Positions 52,688-61,920 of a stretch of 64,000 nt of DNA are shown here, in pieces; the stretch's first letter is position 1; the number at the start of each line of letters is the position of its first letter. Position numbers and translations under genes: made by a program. The notes under the pieces are model-generated. The model was not told the origin of the DNA. It ran no database searches and saw only the letters and a list, made by a program, of their open reading frames with translations. The stretch lies in the IMG/VR virus record IMGVR_UViG_3300047320_000285, positions 62,001 through 126,000 of that record, one strand, 5' to 3'.

Positions 52688-54673
52688 ATGTCGAATAAAC
52701 GACAAGCTCGCGCCCGTCAAGCACGCTCGAACCTCTCCCTCGTTCGTCGTGATGGCGTGCCGCAGTCCAACGAAGAGTTCCGCCGTTCCACCACACAAGG
52801 AGAAATTAGGATGAACACGAAAACCGATGACACGCAGAAACCCGCCGCAGACGCAGCGCCGCTCGATACGCCGCCCAAGCCCTTCATTGCCGAAATCGGC
52901 AGCTATGCGGACAAACCCAAGTCCGATCCGGTTGGCAATGTTGACGCTTATCGCGCTCGTCGTCGCAGCGTGGATGTGGATGTCACCCAAGCAGGCGCAA
53001 CGATGCCGCCGTCACTGCCGAAGTTCGGTCAGATTCAGCAACGCCCGATGACCGTGTTCGAACTCGAACATGCATGGCCGTCGCTCTTTAACGAGCAGGC
53101 TAACGGTAACAAACTGATCGACGATCTGCGCGGAATGCAACATGCACCGGAAGCGCTCCAGCTGTATCTGTTCGCGGTGCAAAAACGCGTGATCGCTGCG
53201 GCCGGTGATGAACGGCCGCGTTACCTCGTGGTCGCACGACTGGCAGCTGAGCAAAGCACTGAAAGCTCGAAACCGGTGGTCCAGTACATGATCACTACTG
53301 AGCCGTTCGAGTCGCTGGTGATGACGGCTTCTCCTGTGCGTGCGATCGGTGTCTATCGTCTGCGCAGCGATGAAGACGTGGTGGTGAAGTACAAGCTCTT
53401 CGAGGAAACCGAACAGGCGGTGGAACAGCCGGCCGGTCCGACCGAAGAAGCTTCGGAAGGTACCGTCGCCGATACCGGCACGATGTTCGAGCGTTGGATT
53501 GCCTGGCCACGGTTCTTGGAACTGTTCGCCGCGTACTTCACGAACGACGATGTGTACCAAACGCTCTTCGAGAAGCTCAACGGCGCGATGCATTCCACCA
53601 AGGTTGAGACACCGGTAGCGATGCTGATGCGTAACCGCCTCAAACCCCAGCCTTCGTGCTTCCTCAAGCTGGCGGAAAGCGGCGACCGCAACCATCCGCT
53701 GGTGGTGATCGCGATGGATATGGTCGAATCGCCTATCGGCGCACAAATCACGTCGTCGATCGTCATCCCGTTGGAAGATGCCTCGACAGCGACGGTGAAG
53801 TCAGTGGTGTTGCCGCGACCGTGGTTGACGGTGGGTGAGCTGGCTAATCGCTGGCCGTCGATCTTCCACGAAGACGATCTCGGCAGCGCCGTGATTCAGC
53901 GACTGGGGGATCTGGAGAAGAACCAAGGTGAGGCGATCACCCTGCGCTTTGTGCCGACGGATAACGCACACGTGGCCACCCTGCAGGTCTTCAAGACTGC
54001 GGACCTGCCGAGCTTTTTCAACGTGCATGAACCATTTGTCACGAAGAACGGGCAGCCGGTGGAACCCGTCGATCTGATCCAGATCCACACCACGATCGTC
54101 GAAGGCGTGGAGCAAGCCGTCAAATTGGAAGTCTCGGACGCGTTCATGGCGAGCAAGCATGCGCCGAAGGGCACGGCGGAAGAAGTCGCCAGCCGTTTCA
54201 GTGCACGCGGTACGCTGCCCTCGCAGTTGACACCGTCGGATATGCGCAGTTTCGATCCGGTATCGTTCCAGTTGTTCGTCGATCAGGTCCGGCAGGCCGC
54301 GATTAGCCCGCAGGATCAGGAACGACTGGTGGCCTTCGTGGAATTCATTGCGAAGTGTCAGCAGATCGAAAAGACGCTGTTCTTCCATTGCACGGCATTG
54401 GGTCGGCAACTCGACATGATGCTGGGTGCAGGGCGCCGGCACTTCCCGGGCGCACAGCTGGGTGCGCCGCCGAGCGTGTTCGCACCGGGTGGACGTTGGG
54501 GTAACGGTGGCGGTTGGGCTCAGAAGGATCACCAGCAGCCTATCACCCCGGCTGCCGCGTCGTTTGTCCAGTCTAACCAACTGGCAAGTGATGTGGTGAT
54601 CAGTGTGTACAATGCAACCGGTACGTTGTTGGGTGTGTTCCAAGCGGCAGTGGCGCACAGCTATCCGGCATAA
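52688..54673 (+). CDS. large hypothetical protein with internal repeats
   Basis: GAGG RBS; repeats of (M/L)TV.EL...WPS(L/I)F.E. Confidence 0.8.
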   Translation: MSNKRQARARQARSNLSLVRRDGVPQSNEEFRRSTTQGEIRMNTKTDDTQKPAADAAPLDTPPKPFIAEIGSYADKPKSDPVGNVDAYRARRRSVDVDVTQAGATMPPSLPKFGQIQQRPMTVFELEHAWPSLFNEQANGNKLIDDLRGMQHAPEALQLYLFAVQKRVIAAAGDERPRYLVVARLAAEQSTESSKPVVQYMITTEPFESLVMTASPVRAIGVYRLRSDEDVVVKYKLFEETEQAVEQPAGPTEEASEGTVADTGTMFERWIAWPRFLELFAAYFTNDDVYQTLFEKLNGAMHSTKVETPVAMLMRNRLKPQPSCFLKLAESGDRNHPLVVIAMDMVESPIGAQITSSIVIPLEDASTATVKSVVLPRPWLTVGELANRWPSIFHEDDLGSAVIQRLGDLEKNQGEAITLRFVPTDNAHVATLQVFKTADLPSFFNVHEPFVTKNGQPVEPVDLIQIHTTIVEGVEQAVKLEVSDAFMASKHAPKGTAEEVASRFSARGTLPSQLTPSDMRSFDPVSFQLFVDQVRQAAISPQDQERLVAFVEFIAKCQQIEKTLFFHCTALGRQLDMMLGAGRRHFPGAQLGAPPSVFAPGGRWGNGGGWAQKDHQQPITPAAASFVQSNQLASDVVISVYNATGTLLGVFQAAVAHSYPA

Positions 54674-54716
54674 AAGCTTGAGTACGGGGACGCCTTCGGG
54701 TGTCCCCGTCTATGCC
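54667..54716. terminator. GGCATA-hairpin-TATGCC element
   Basis: ACGGGGACGCC-TTCG-GGTGTCCCCGT CTATGCC. Confidence 0.8.
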
Positions 54717-54738
54717 GTGTTCTAAAGAATCTCAGTCC

Positions 54739-54746
54739 TATATTAC
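54739..54746 (+). promoter_or_regulatory. early promoter motif TATATTAC
   Basis: Exact motif directly after a terminator. Confidence 0.7.
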
Positions 54747-54805
54747 TCTCTTGAACTTAGACAGAAGTCTGGGTTCTAACACTTCCTTTATACTTGGAGT
54801 TTATC

Positions 54806-55072
54806 ATGATTGCTCATATCCTCTCGATCGCTGCTATCGTTATCATCGTTGGCGGCATCTTCGGTCTGATCCTCTGGGCCCACTTCGCAGATCAACGTGC
54901 GTTCGATCGCAGTGGTCTGGATGTCTGCCACAAGACCTGCAAGAGCGTCGACCTGCTCGAAGAAGCCCGTCGCGCTGAACAACACAAGGCAACCCCGGGC
55001 GCAGCGGCAGCGCTGGGAAAGTTTCTGGGCGAGCTGCTCCTGAGCGCCGCCATTAAGCGTCAAGCCGCTTAA
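54806..55072 (+). CDS. small membrane-anchored protein
   Basis: GGAG RBS, N-terminal TM helix. Confidence 0.7.
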   Translation: MIAHILSIAAIVIIVGGIFGLILWAHFADQRAFDRSGLDVCHKTCKSVDLLEEARRAEQHKATPGAAAALGKFLGELLLSAAIKRQAA

Positions 55073-55113
55073 ATCACATAACCTCTTCGCAAACCAACCT
55101 ACGGAAAACTATC

Positions 55114-55461
55114 ATGAAAATCGCTATCGAACTGTACGCTGCGCTGACGATCGCCTTCAACCTGACGTTCATGGTGCTCGGCTTGTTCCCGACGCTGGCT
55201 CGCCACCCGGTGTACCTCGTGCGCCGCCTCACGCAGGTCTCGCTGATTAACGTCTACCAGATGCGCAATATGCGCCACACCAAGACGGTGTGGTTCAACC
55301 TCATGCAAGTCGCCTTCGTGATCCTCTGGGCAATTTGTTGTGGACTGGCCTTCGCGCATGGCTGGACGTTTGTGGGGGTGTCGCTGGTGATCGCGTTGGT
55401 CTATGTGCTCTACAGCGAAGCGTTGATCGCCTTCAAGCCGATCGACCAATACTGCTACTAA
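55114..55461 (+). CDS. small multi-TM membrane protein
   Basis: Three hydrophobic segments. Confidence 0.7.
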   Translation: MKIAIELYAALTIAFNLTFMVLGLFPTLARHPVYLVRRLTQVSLINVYQMRNMRHTKTVWFNLMQVAFVILWAICCGLAFAHGWTFVGVSLVIALVYVLYSEALIAFKPIDQYCY

Positions 55462-55569
55462 GCAGCAGCACGCCGGGACCAGTGAGGGTCCCGGCTGCCT
55501 TCGAATCATTTTCTTTTTGCTCAGTTGCCAATGCTGTGGAGTTCCCTCCACTAGCAGAACCAATAATGA

Positions 55570-56172
55570 ATGAGGTTGACCATGCAAACGCCAAGTCTTG
55601 TGGGTACTACCGTCTCGGGGATGTTCAATCTGCGTCTGATGTTACAGGACGCAACAACCGAAGAGCACGCTGACATCATCTTCAAACGCACGGAAGCCGC
55701 GTACGACAAGTATCGTGCGCGGACCAAGATCGGGCCGTTCACCCCGACCATCCGTGTGGTTCAGGATGCTGCGCAGCAAATGCGGCTCGAAATCGTGGCA
55801 CCTTATAACAGCCGTCCGGTTGCCAAGGTGCGGTTATCCACTCAACATGTAGGAGCTGAGACTATCTTGACCATTGCCGAACACAAACCGGTCCGCAAGG
55901 CCAAACCAGTGGGCCAAGCAAAACATATCAACGCCGGCTATTGTCTGAACGAGATCCGTCGTCAGTTGCGCCAAGACCCGGACATCGCGCCGCAAGTCAA
56001 GCGCCTGTCCAGTGATGCGAAAGCGCAGATCGAAAGCTTCCTCGATACCTGCCAGATGCGCAGCCAAGCCGTGGGGTTGTACACCCTCGACATGGATCTG
56101 AACGACGAGGGTTTGACGTTGGTCGCGTACGTGGATCACAAGCGTATGTGCGCGGTGTCGGTGTTCTTCTGA
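55570..56172 (+). CDS. hypothetical protein
   Basis: 200-aa ORF; GAGG RBS before the nearby second Met. Confidence 0.7.
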   Translation: MRLTMQTPSLVGTTVSGMFNLRLMLQDATTEEHADIIFKRTEAAYDKYRARTKIGPFTPTIRVVQDAAQQMRLEIVAPYNSRPVAKVRLSTQHVGAETILTIAEHKPVRKAKPVGQAKHINAGYCLNEIRRQLRQDPDIAPQVKRLSSDAKAQIESFLDTCQMRSQAVGLYTLDMDLNDEGLTLVAYVDHKRMCAVSVFF

Positions 56173-56209
56173 AGGTGTGGTTCACAATCCCTTTATACTG
56201 GAGTCAAAC

Positions 56210-56575
56210 ATGACGCGTGAAACGATTCGCTACGAGATGAGTTCGGACCAAGCGACCGAGCGCGATCTCGCAGTGCTGGACGCAGTGATTGCCTGCGGAC
56301 TGAATCTCTCCACGGGCGAGCTTAAGACGTGGTTGCTGATTGCCGACAAGGTGATCGATCAGGTGGCGCAGCGTGAACTGCAGCTGCATTTGCGTGAATT
56401 CATTGAACGCAGCGCACTCTACGCGAGCGATGAAAGTCTAGTGCATGATCGCCGTGCGCCGACACTGGGCATTGTGTACGTCCCGCAAACGCGCATTGCG
56501 TTGAGCTATGCGACCAGTCACGGTAAGTTCGAGATCGCCTTTGATCTCGACGCCATCGCCCAAGCGCGCTTCTAA
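56210..56575 (+). CDS. hypothetical protein
   Basis: CCTTTATACTGGAG leader and RBS. Confidence 0.75.
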   Translation: MTRETIRYEMSSDQATERDLAVLDAVIACGLNLSTGELKTWLLIADKVIDQVAQRELQLHLREFIERSALYASDESLVHDRRAPTLGIVYVPQTRIALSYATSHGKFEIAFDLDAIAQARF

Positions 56576-56598
56576 CCTCTTCTTACTGCTGAGCTGCA

Positions 56599-56994
56599 AT
56601 GTCTAAGAATCATCGTTTTCGCCGTCTCGACTTCGACAATCCGCCTACCAAAAAGCAACATCTGGATTACGAGAAGATCACGTATATCCAGTTCGCCCGC
56701 GTCATGCGCATGCTTATCCATGACAACGCAGCCTACGCCCGTGCCACTCGCAAGGTAGAGAGCTTCATGCCCGATGGCTTTCGCGAGTACTGCTTTTCGA
56801 TCCGCCCCTACGGTCGTGAAGCGCGGGTGACGGTGCTGAGGAAGCTCGACGAAGAGGGCAAGCAGTTGAATATCACGGCCAAGCTGCAAATGGAGTTCGT
56901 GCCGCACACTGACCCGGTAGAGTTCTCCGGCAAGGTGTTGCAAGAAGTCCGGGGCGGCCTGCAGGAAGTGGTGATCGACGATTATCTGGAGTAA
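56599..56994 (+). CDS. hypothetical protein
   Basis: 131-aa ORF before a bidirectional terminator. Confidence 0.7.
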   Translation: MSKNHRFRRLDFDNPPTKKQHLDYEKITYIQFARVMRMLIHDNAAYARATRKVESFMPDGFREYCFSIRPYGREARVTVLRKLDEEGKQLNITAKLQMEFVPHTDPVEFSGKVLQEVRGGLQEVVIDDYLE

Positions 56995-56997
56995 TCC

Positions 56998-57050
56998 GGC
57001 ATAAGCCCCCAGCCTTCGGGCTGGGGGACCTATGACCTCTCTTTTTTTTT
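56998..57050. terminator. bidirectional terminator between convergent blocks
   Basis: GGCATAA GCCCCCAGCC-TTCG-GGCTGGGGG ACCTATGAC...T tract. Confidence 0.85.
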
Positions 57051-57051
57051 G

Positions 57052-58311
57052 TTACGAATGACGCTTGGCGAGGATGTCCTTGGTCATCTGGAAGAGCTTG
57101 TACGTCTCTTCCGACGGCTCTTCGTGCTGGTAAGCCGCCGCAGCCTTGTTCAGGAAGCTCAGGATCTTGTAGTACAGATTGAACGAGTCTGTGAACATAT
57201 ACGACTGGATCATCATCACCGCACTTTGCATCTGCGTGATGCGGCTACCGAACGTGCCCAGCGCATTCAGGTACTGCGACGAAAGCGTCTGACGATGTTT
57301 GCTGTTGATACCTTCAGCTTCCATCTTGTCGCCTTCAGTCGCCAGATCCGTGGCGTCCTTGATGCCCGCATCCAGCTGCGCTTGCACCGAGGTCAGTACG
57401 CCACTCCAACGATCGAGCAACGGACCGGTGTCGTTCATCGAAATGCGCGTGATGACCCGCTCCAGCTCATCAGACATGCGCACCAGATCGTAGATCTTCT
57501 CGCTCGAGTTGGTGGCATCCGGCAAGCTTTCCTTGGCGTCGCGTGCGGCCCACAACGCCTTGAGCATCACGTCGGTGCTGTCGCGATTGCTGTCGACCAA
57601 CGACTTGGACTTCTCGTCGTAGAACATACCGGTGTGCTGCTCGGTGAAAGGCTCACCGTTCACGTCCTTCAGCTTGACCTCGGTGATCACCTTCTTGAAC
57701 CACTCGTCCAGCGCGCTCAGTTGGGTGCTGATCTCGGTCAGGGCATTGCCATGCTCGAGTTCTTTCACCAGCTCCAGCAAGCTCTTCATGTACGGGCCAT
57801 CGACGAAAATGTCATTCTCGGTCGGGGTCAGGCCATGGAAGAACTCGGTGTCAAGCTTGTGGGAGGTGACGACCTCCTTGAAGGTCTTGGCTTCCCGCAA
57901 GTCCTTGGCGTCCTGCGCAGCAGAGACCACCAAGCGCGCACTGCCTTCTGCCGCGTGGATCTGCTCCTTGGTTTCTTTGGCGTTCTTCTTGCCGCCGAAC
58001 AAGGACTTCACCCAATCCACGCACTTGCGGATGATCCGCTTGAGCAGCTCGTACGCCTGACGATACAGCTCATTCAGACGCTTGGCGAACGACTCGGTGG
58101 CGATGGTGTAGCGTTTCTGCTTGCTACCCACGCTGTAGTAGGTGTCGAGCAGGCCGTTGTGACCCAGTACCGGAATCGACTCGAGTGCCAGTTCCGGGGT
58201 GAGCGTTTTGTTCTCTGCCAGTTGCTCGGAGATCTGCACGAAGTCCTGCACGTTTTCGTGCAGGCTCTCGACTTCTCCTTGCTCGGCAGACGTGTCGAAC
58301 ACGTCGTCCAT
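57052..58311 (-). CDS. phiKZ-like internal head protein paralog
   Basis: Acidic propeptide with ALE and IATES sites, then a K...W.K..F amphipathic helix. Confidence 0.7.
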   Translation of the reverse strand: MDDVFDTSAEQGEVESLHENVQDFVQISEQLAENKTLTPELALESIPVLGHNGLLDTYYSVGSKQKRYTIATESFAKRLNELYRQAYELLKRIIRKCVDWVKSLFGGKKNAKETKEQIHAAEGSARLVVSAAQDAKDLREAKTFKEVVTSHKLDTEFFHGLTPTENDIFVDGPYMKSLLELVKELEHGNALTEISTQLSALDEWFKKVITEVKLKDVNGEPFTEQHTGMFYDEKSKSLVDSNRDSTDVMLKALWAARDAKESLPDATNSSEKIYDLVRMSDELERVITRISMNDTGPLLDRWSGVLTSVQAQLDAGIKDATDLATEGDKMEAEGINSKHRQTLSSQYLNALGTFGSRITQMQSAVMMIQSYMFTDSFNLYYKILSFLNKAAAAYQHEEPSEETYKLFQMTKDILAKRHS

Positions 58312-58320
58312 TACAGCTCC

Positions 58321-59706
58321 TTATTTCTTGGCGTTCTTGGCGCGCGTTTTGACGTCGTTCATACGCTTGAGCAGGTCTTCCTTGCGCCGTCGGATCCGCT
58401 CCACTTCGTCTTGGAACTTCGGATCGATGTCGGCCATCGTGTCAGCGCCGAACGTCTCGAAGATCTCAAGGACGTAGTCCATCACGATTTCCACCAACGT
58501 CACCGCGGCGTCGAAGTGATCCTCGATCATCGCGTAGCCGGCAGCCACGTCCTGAATCGACTTACCGAAAGCCCGCACCGCTTCGAGGGTCGCGCGATCC
58601 AGATACGTCTGCGCGGGCAGGTTACCGTTCTCGACGGTCTTCTCGTCGATCAGGGCACCCGGGTTGGTGAAGCGCTTCTCGGCTTCACCGAGCGACTTCT
58701 GCACGTCCTCGAACATCTTCAGGTATTCGTCACGATAGCGCAGTGCGAGTTCATACGGCATCGAATGACCGAGGTTGCTGGCGATCTGAATCGCCTTGTC
58801 GACGTCGTCCGGCAGCTTGGCGCTTGCGGAGGCATCCTTGGCTTCGATCGCTTTCTGACGCGCATGCGTCAAGTCACCCAACACTTTCTCCACCCGCGCG
58901 TTGGTCAAACCCATGGCTGAGTCGACCTGCTGGCTGAACTTCTCCAGCGACTCCCGGGTGTACGGGACAATCTGGTCGTGCGTACCCGGACCGGCCGGTG
59001 CCTCGGCGTGACTGGCGTCGACCTTGTGGGCTTCTTGTTGCAGCTCGCGGTATTCTTGGCCGACGCCTTCAGCGATTTGACGCAGGTAGTTGCTGGTGTC
59101 TTTCTCGCATACCACGCCGATCAGGGTCTTGATGGCTTCCATGTAGGGGCCATCGACCAGCATGTCACGCTGCGCGTTATTCAGCTTGGCACCGAACTTC
59201 TCATCGAGTTTGTCGACATCGATGATGTTCTTCATCATCTTCTTGCCAGCGCGCTCCATCGCGACTTTGTCGCGCTTGAGGATGCCGAAGATTTCTTCCA
59301 GCAGCGTCGACATGTCGAGGTAAGCCTTGTAGACTTCCTTGTGCAATGGCCGACGCCGCTTGGTGCCACCCTTGCGCAGCCAGACGATGAAACCCTGCAT
59401 CAGCGCTTGGGAAGCGGCGATGACTCTGGCAATCAGGGCCCAGATCTTCTTGAGCACCGTTTTGACCGTGTCCTTCACCGACTCGGTGGCGACTGCGTCT
59501 TCCGTCGGAGTTTGACCCGTCAGGAACAGTTGCACGTCACCCGCTCGGCAGGCTTCGTCGATCCCACCCAGCGCCTCGTCCAGTTCTTCGAGGGCGGCCA
59601 GCGTTTCCTGCTGCTCAGCGGCCGCGCCCAACGGGACAGCCACAAACATGCCGTCCACTACTTGGACGGTTTCGCCTTCGAGGGCGAGCTTTAACAGACG
59701 ACCCAT
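58321..59706 (-). CDS. phiKZ-like internal head protein paralog
   Basis: AAGGAGG RBS; MGRLLKLALEGE.V.VV.GMF.AVP...VATES. Confidence 0.75.
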   Translation of the reverse strand: MGRLLKLALEGETVQVVDGMFVAVPLGAAAEQQETLAALEELDEALGGIDEACRAGDVQLFLTGQTPTEDAVATESVKDTVKTVLKKIWALIARVIAASQALMQGFIVWLRKGGTKRRRPLHKEVYKAYLDMSTLLEEIFGILKRDKVAMERAGKKMMKNIIDVDKLDEKFGAKLNNAQRDMLVDGPYMEAIKTLIGVVCEKDTSNYLRQIAEGVGQEYRELQQEAHKVDASHAEAPAGPGTHDQIVPYTRESLEKFSQQVDSAMGLTNARVEKVLGDLTHARQKAIEAKDASASAKLPDDVDKAIQIASNLGHSMPYELALRYRDEYLKMFEDVQKSLGEAEKRFTNPGALIDEKTVENGNLPAQTYLDRATLEAVRAFGKSIQDVAAGYAMIEDHFDAAVTLVEIVMDYVLEIFETFGADTMADIDPKFQDEVERIRRRKEDLLKRMNDVKTRAKNAKK

Positions 59707-59716
59707 CTCGCCCTCC

Positions 59717-60844
59717 TTAAGCGGTTTCGAAATCGAACTTGAAGTCGAAATCCTTGAACCTGAATTCCTTGAACAAGTTCTGCATGTCGTGATCAAAGAA
59801 GCCGTCGAGTTCGGCGTTGATCTCTTCCACCACGTCTTTCTCGCCCTTGTGGGCGGACTTGGTGCGACTGAGCGCTTCCTTGCGGAACGCGATGATCTCG
59901 CCCACCAGCCCCCATGTATCGGCTTCGAAGCGGGTCATGTAATTCACCGCCGACATGTAGAGCTTGATCATTTCCCAGTAACGGCGCAGCACTTCAGTCA
60001 ACTGCCCATCAGCACCTTCCACGCCCTTATTCGCCAGCGCACTGGCTCGCTTGGAAATCTCGCCGACGATATGATCACACTTCTCGAGCGTGAGCTTCCA
60101 GTTGCCGGAGATCGTGAAGATGTTCAGCGTTTTGAGCCAGCCGGTCACGCCGTTGATGGTACCGATTTGCTCATGGATGTTCTCCGGGAAGGACGGCTTG
60201 TCGCTGTCGACCTTATCCATCGCCTCTTTGGCCACGCTCATGGCCGCATTCATCGGCTCGACGCACTCGGCGAAGACCTTACGCATCTTCTCGGCTTCGG
60301 CCAGTTGAGCCTCTTGGTTGCCCGGGGTGTTGATCACGTTGACAAACGAGTTGACCACATCGACAATCGCTTGTCGGTGGCCGTTATTCGACAACAGCGC
60401 TGTGATCTTGACGATGGCATCCTTGTAGCCGGGATTGGTCAAGACGGTCTTTTTCTCCACCGAGAGCTTGTCCCAGAACTTCTCACCCAGTCCGTCAGCC
60501 TTGATCACCGAGTTGACCTTGTCTTCCACCGTCAGCGGCCGGCGCTCGGTGAACTTCTTGGCGAGCAGCTCATACTGGCGCCGCACCTCCTCGGTCATGG
60601 TGCGGTCTTTGCTGGTGCGACCGGTGATATGGTTGATAAAGCCTTTGATAGCCGCCGCAATCGCAGCCGCAATCTTGGCAATCACTTCCCAGACTTTCTG
60701 ACCGGCTTTCTTGAGGGTCTCGCCAAACGCTTCGGTCGAGATCGCTTGGACGTCTTCGCCCATACCGATCGGCACGCCAATGAACATACCCTCGACGATC
60801 TCGACCTGTTCGCCTTCTAGAGCGACTTTCAACATACGGTTCAT
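59717..60844 (-). CDS. phiKZ-like internal head protein paralog
   Basis: MNRMLKVALEGEQVEIVEGMFIGVP...ISTEAFGE. Confidence 0.75.
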   Translation of the reverse strand: MNRMLKVALEGEQVEIVEGMFIGVPIGMGEDVQAISTEAFGETLKKAGQKVWEVIAKIAAAIAAAIKGFINHITGRTSKDRTMTEEVRRQYELLAKKFTERRPLTVEDKVNSVIKADGLGEKFWDKLSVEKKTVLTNPGYKDAIVKITALLSNNGHRQAIVDVVNSFVNVINTPGNQEAQLAEAEKMRKVFAECVEPMNAAMSVAKEAMDKVDSDKPSFPENIHEQIGTINGVTGWLKTLNIFTISGNWKLTLEKCDHIVGEISKRASALANKGVEGADGQLTEVLRRYWEMIKLYMSAVNYMTRFEADTWGLVGEIIAFRKEALSRTKSAHKGEKDVVEEINAELDGFFDHDMQNLFKEFRFKDFDFKFDFETA

Positions 60845-60847
60845 GGC

Positions 60848-61906
60848 TTAGCCTTTCAGTTTGATTTTCTTCAGTTCCTCGAGCTGAGCGCCCAGCTCGT
60901 CCTTCAGACCGGGGTACGTTTGGACCGTCATCTCGAGTGCGCGAATCCGTGTGCTGATAATCTTGTTCAGCGCGTTGATCGCCGTCCATTCGAGATCGAA
61001 CAGCTTGTTCAGCCCACTGATAATCTGTTTGACTGCGCGCCAATAAACGTTAAACGCCTGCGCCGACTGCTTCGCGGCTTCCGTGGCCGCCTCGGTGCGC
61101 TGACCAAAAAGTTCAGTCTGGAACTGCTCGAGACTCTTTTCCAGCTCGGGCAAGATGTCGTCTTCGTACTTGTTGAGTACGCCCGTGCGTAAGTTGCTAT
61201 GCAGCAGCTCATTCGAGGTCCGCAAGCTGGCGACGATCTCGTCGATCTTGATGGGGACTTCCAGTTCCTTCGCATCGATCTTCGCCGCGTGCTGCGTACC
61301 TGCGGTGCGAAGCGTCGCGATCTTGTCCAGCAGCTTTTGCACTTCACTATCGGGCTTGTGCGTAGGCTTCTGACCTTCGTTAAGCGCGTATTTGAAGTCG
61401 TCCTTCAACATACGCACCCCGTCGCGCAACAGCGTACGGGCGGTGGCGGACTCCGCGACCTTCTCGAGTTCCAGCAAGGCCTTGAAGTTATCCGAACCGC
61501 TCACCAGATCGTATTCGTCTTGATCGAACTGGGTACGGGTCGTGCCGTGGTTGTCGGCGTTCCAGACCGATTCGATCTTTTCTTCCGAGGTGGTGCGGCG
61601 CAGCTCGGTGACCGCTTTGAGCGCCAGGCCATACTCGCGTCGCACTTCATCGCTCAGCGTGCGGTTGCGACCGCCGCCGTGGCGGAACCACTTGATGAAG
61701 CCCTTGACCGCCGCGATGGCACCGGCAATCAGTTTCGCCAGCATCTCCCATGCTGCCTTACCGGCCGATTTGACGGCGTCACCGAATGATTCCGTCGACA
61801 GGGCCCGCACGTCCTCAGCTGCGCCAACCGGCACGGCCACAAACATACCCTCGATGACTTCAATGGTTTCGCCCTCGAGGGCGAGGCGCAGTGCGCGATT
61901 GTTCAT
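60848..61906 (-). CDS. phiKZ-like internal head protein paralog
   Basis: MNNRALRLALEGETIEVIEGMFVAVP...LSTESFGD. Confidence 0.75.
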   Translation of the reverse strand: MNNRALRLALEGETIEVIEGMFVAVPVGAAEDVRALSTESFGDAVKSAGKAAWEMLAKLIAGAIAAVKGFIKWFRHGGGRNRTLSDEVRREYGLALKAVTELRRTTSEEKIESVWNADNHGTTRTQFDQDEYDLVSGSDNFKALLELEKVAESATARTLLRDGVRMLKDDFKYALNEGQKPTHKPDSEVQKLLDKIATLRTAGTQHAAKIDAKELEVPIKIDEIVASLRTSNELLHSNLRTGVLNKYEDDILPELEKSLEQFQTELFGQRTEAATEAAKQSAQAFNVYWRAVKQIISGLNKLFDLEWTAINALNKIISTRIRALEMTVQTYPGLKDELGAQLEELKKIKLKG

Positions 61907-61920
61907 GATTGATCCTTGTA

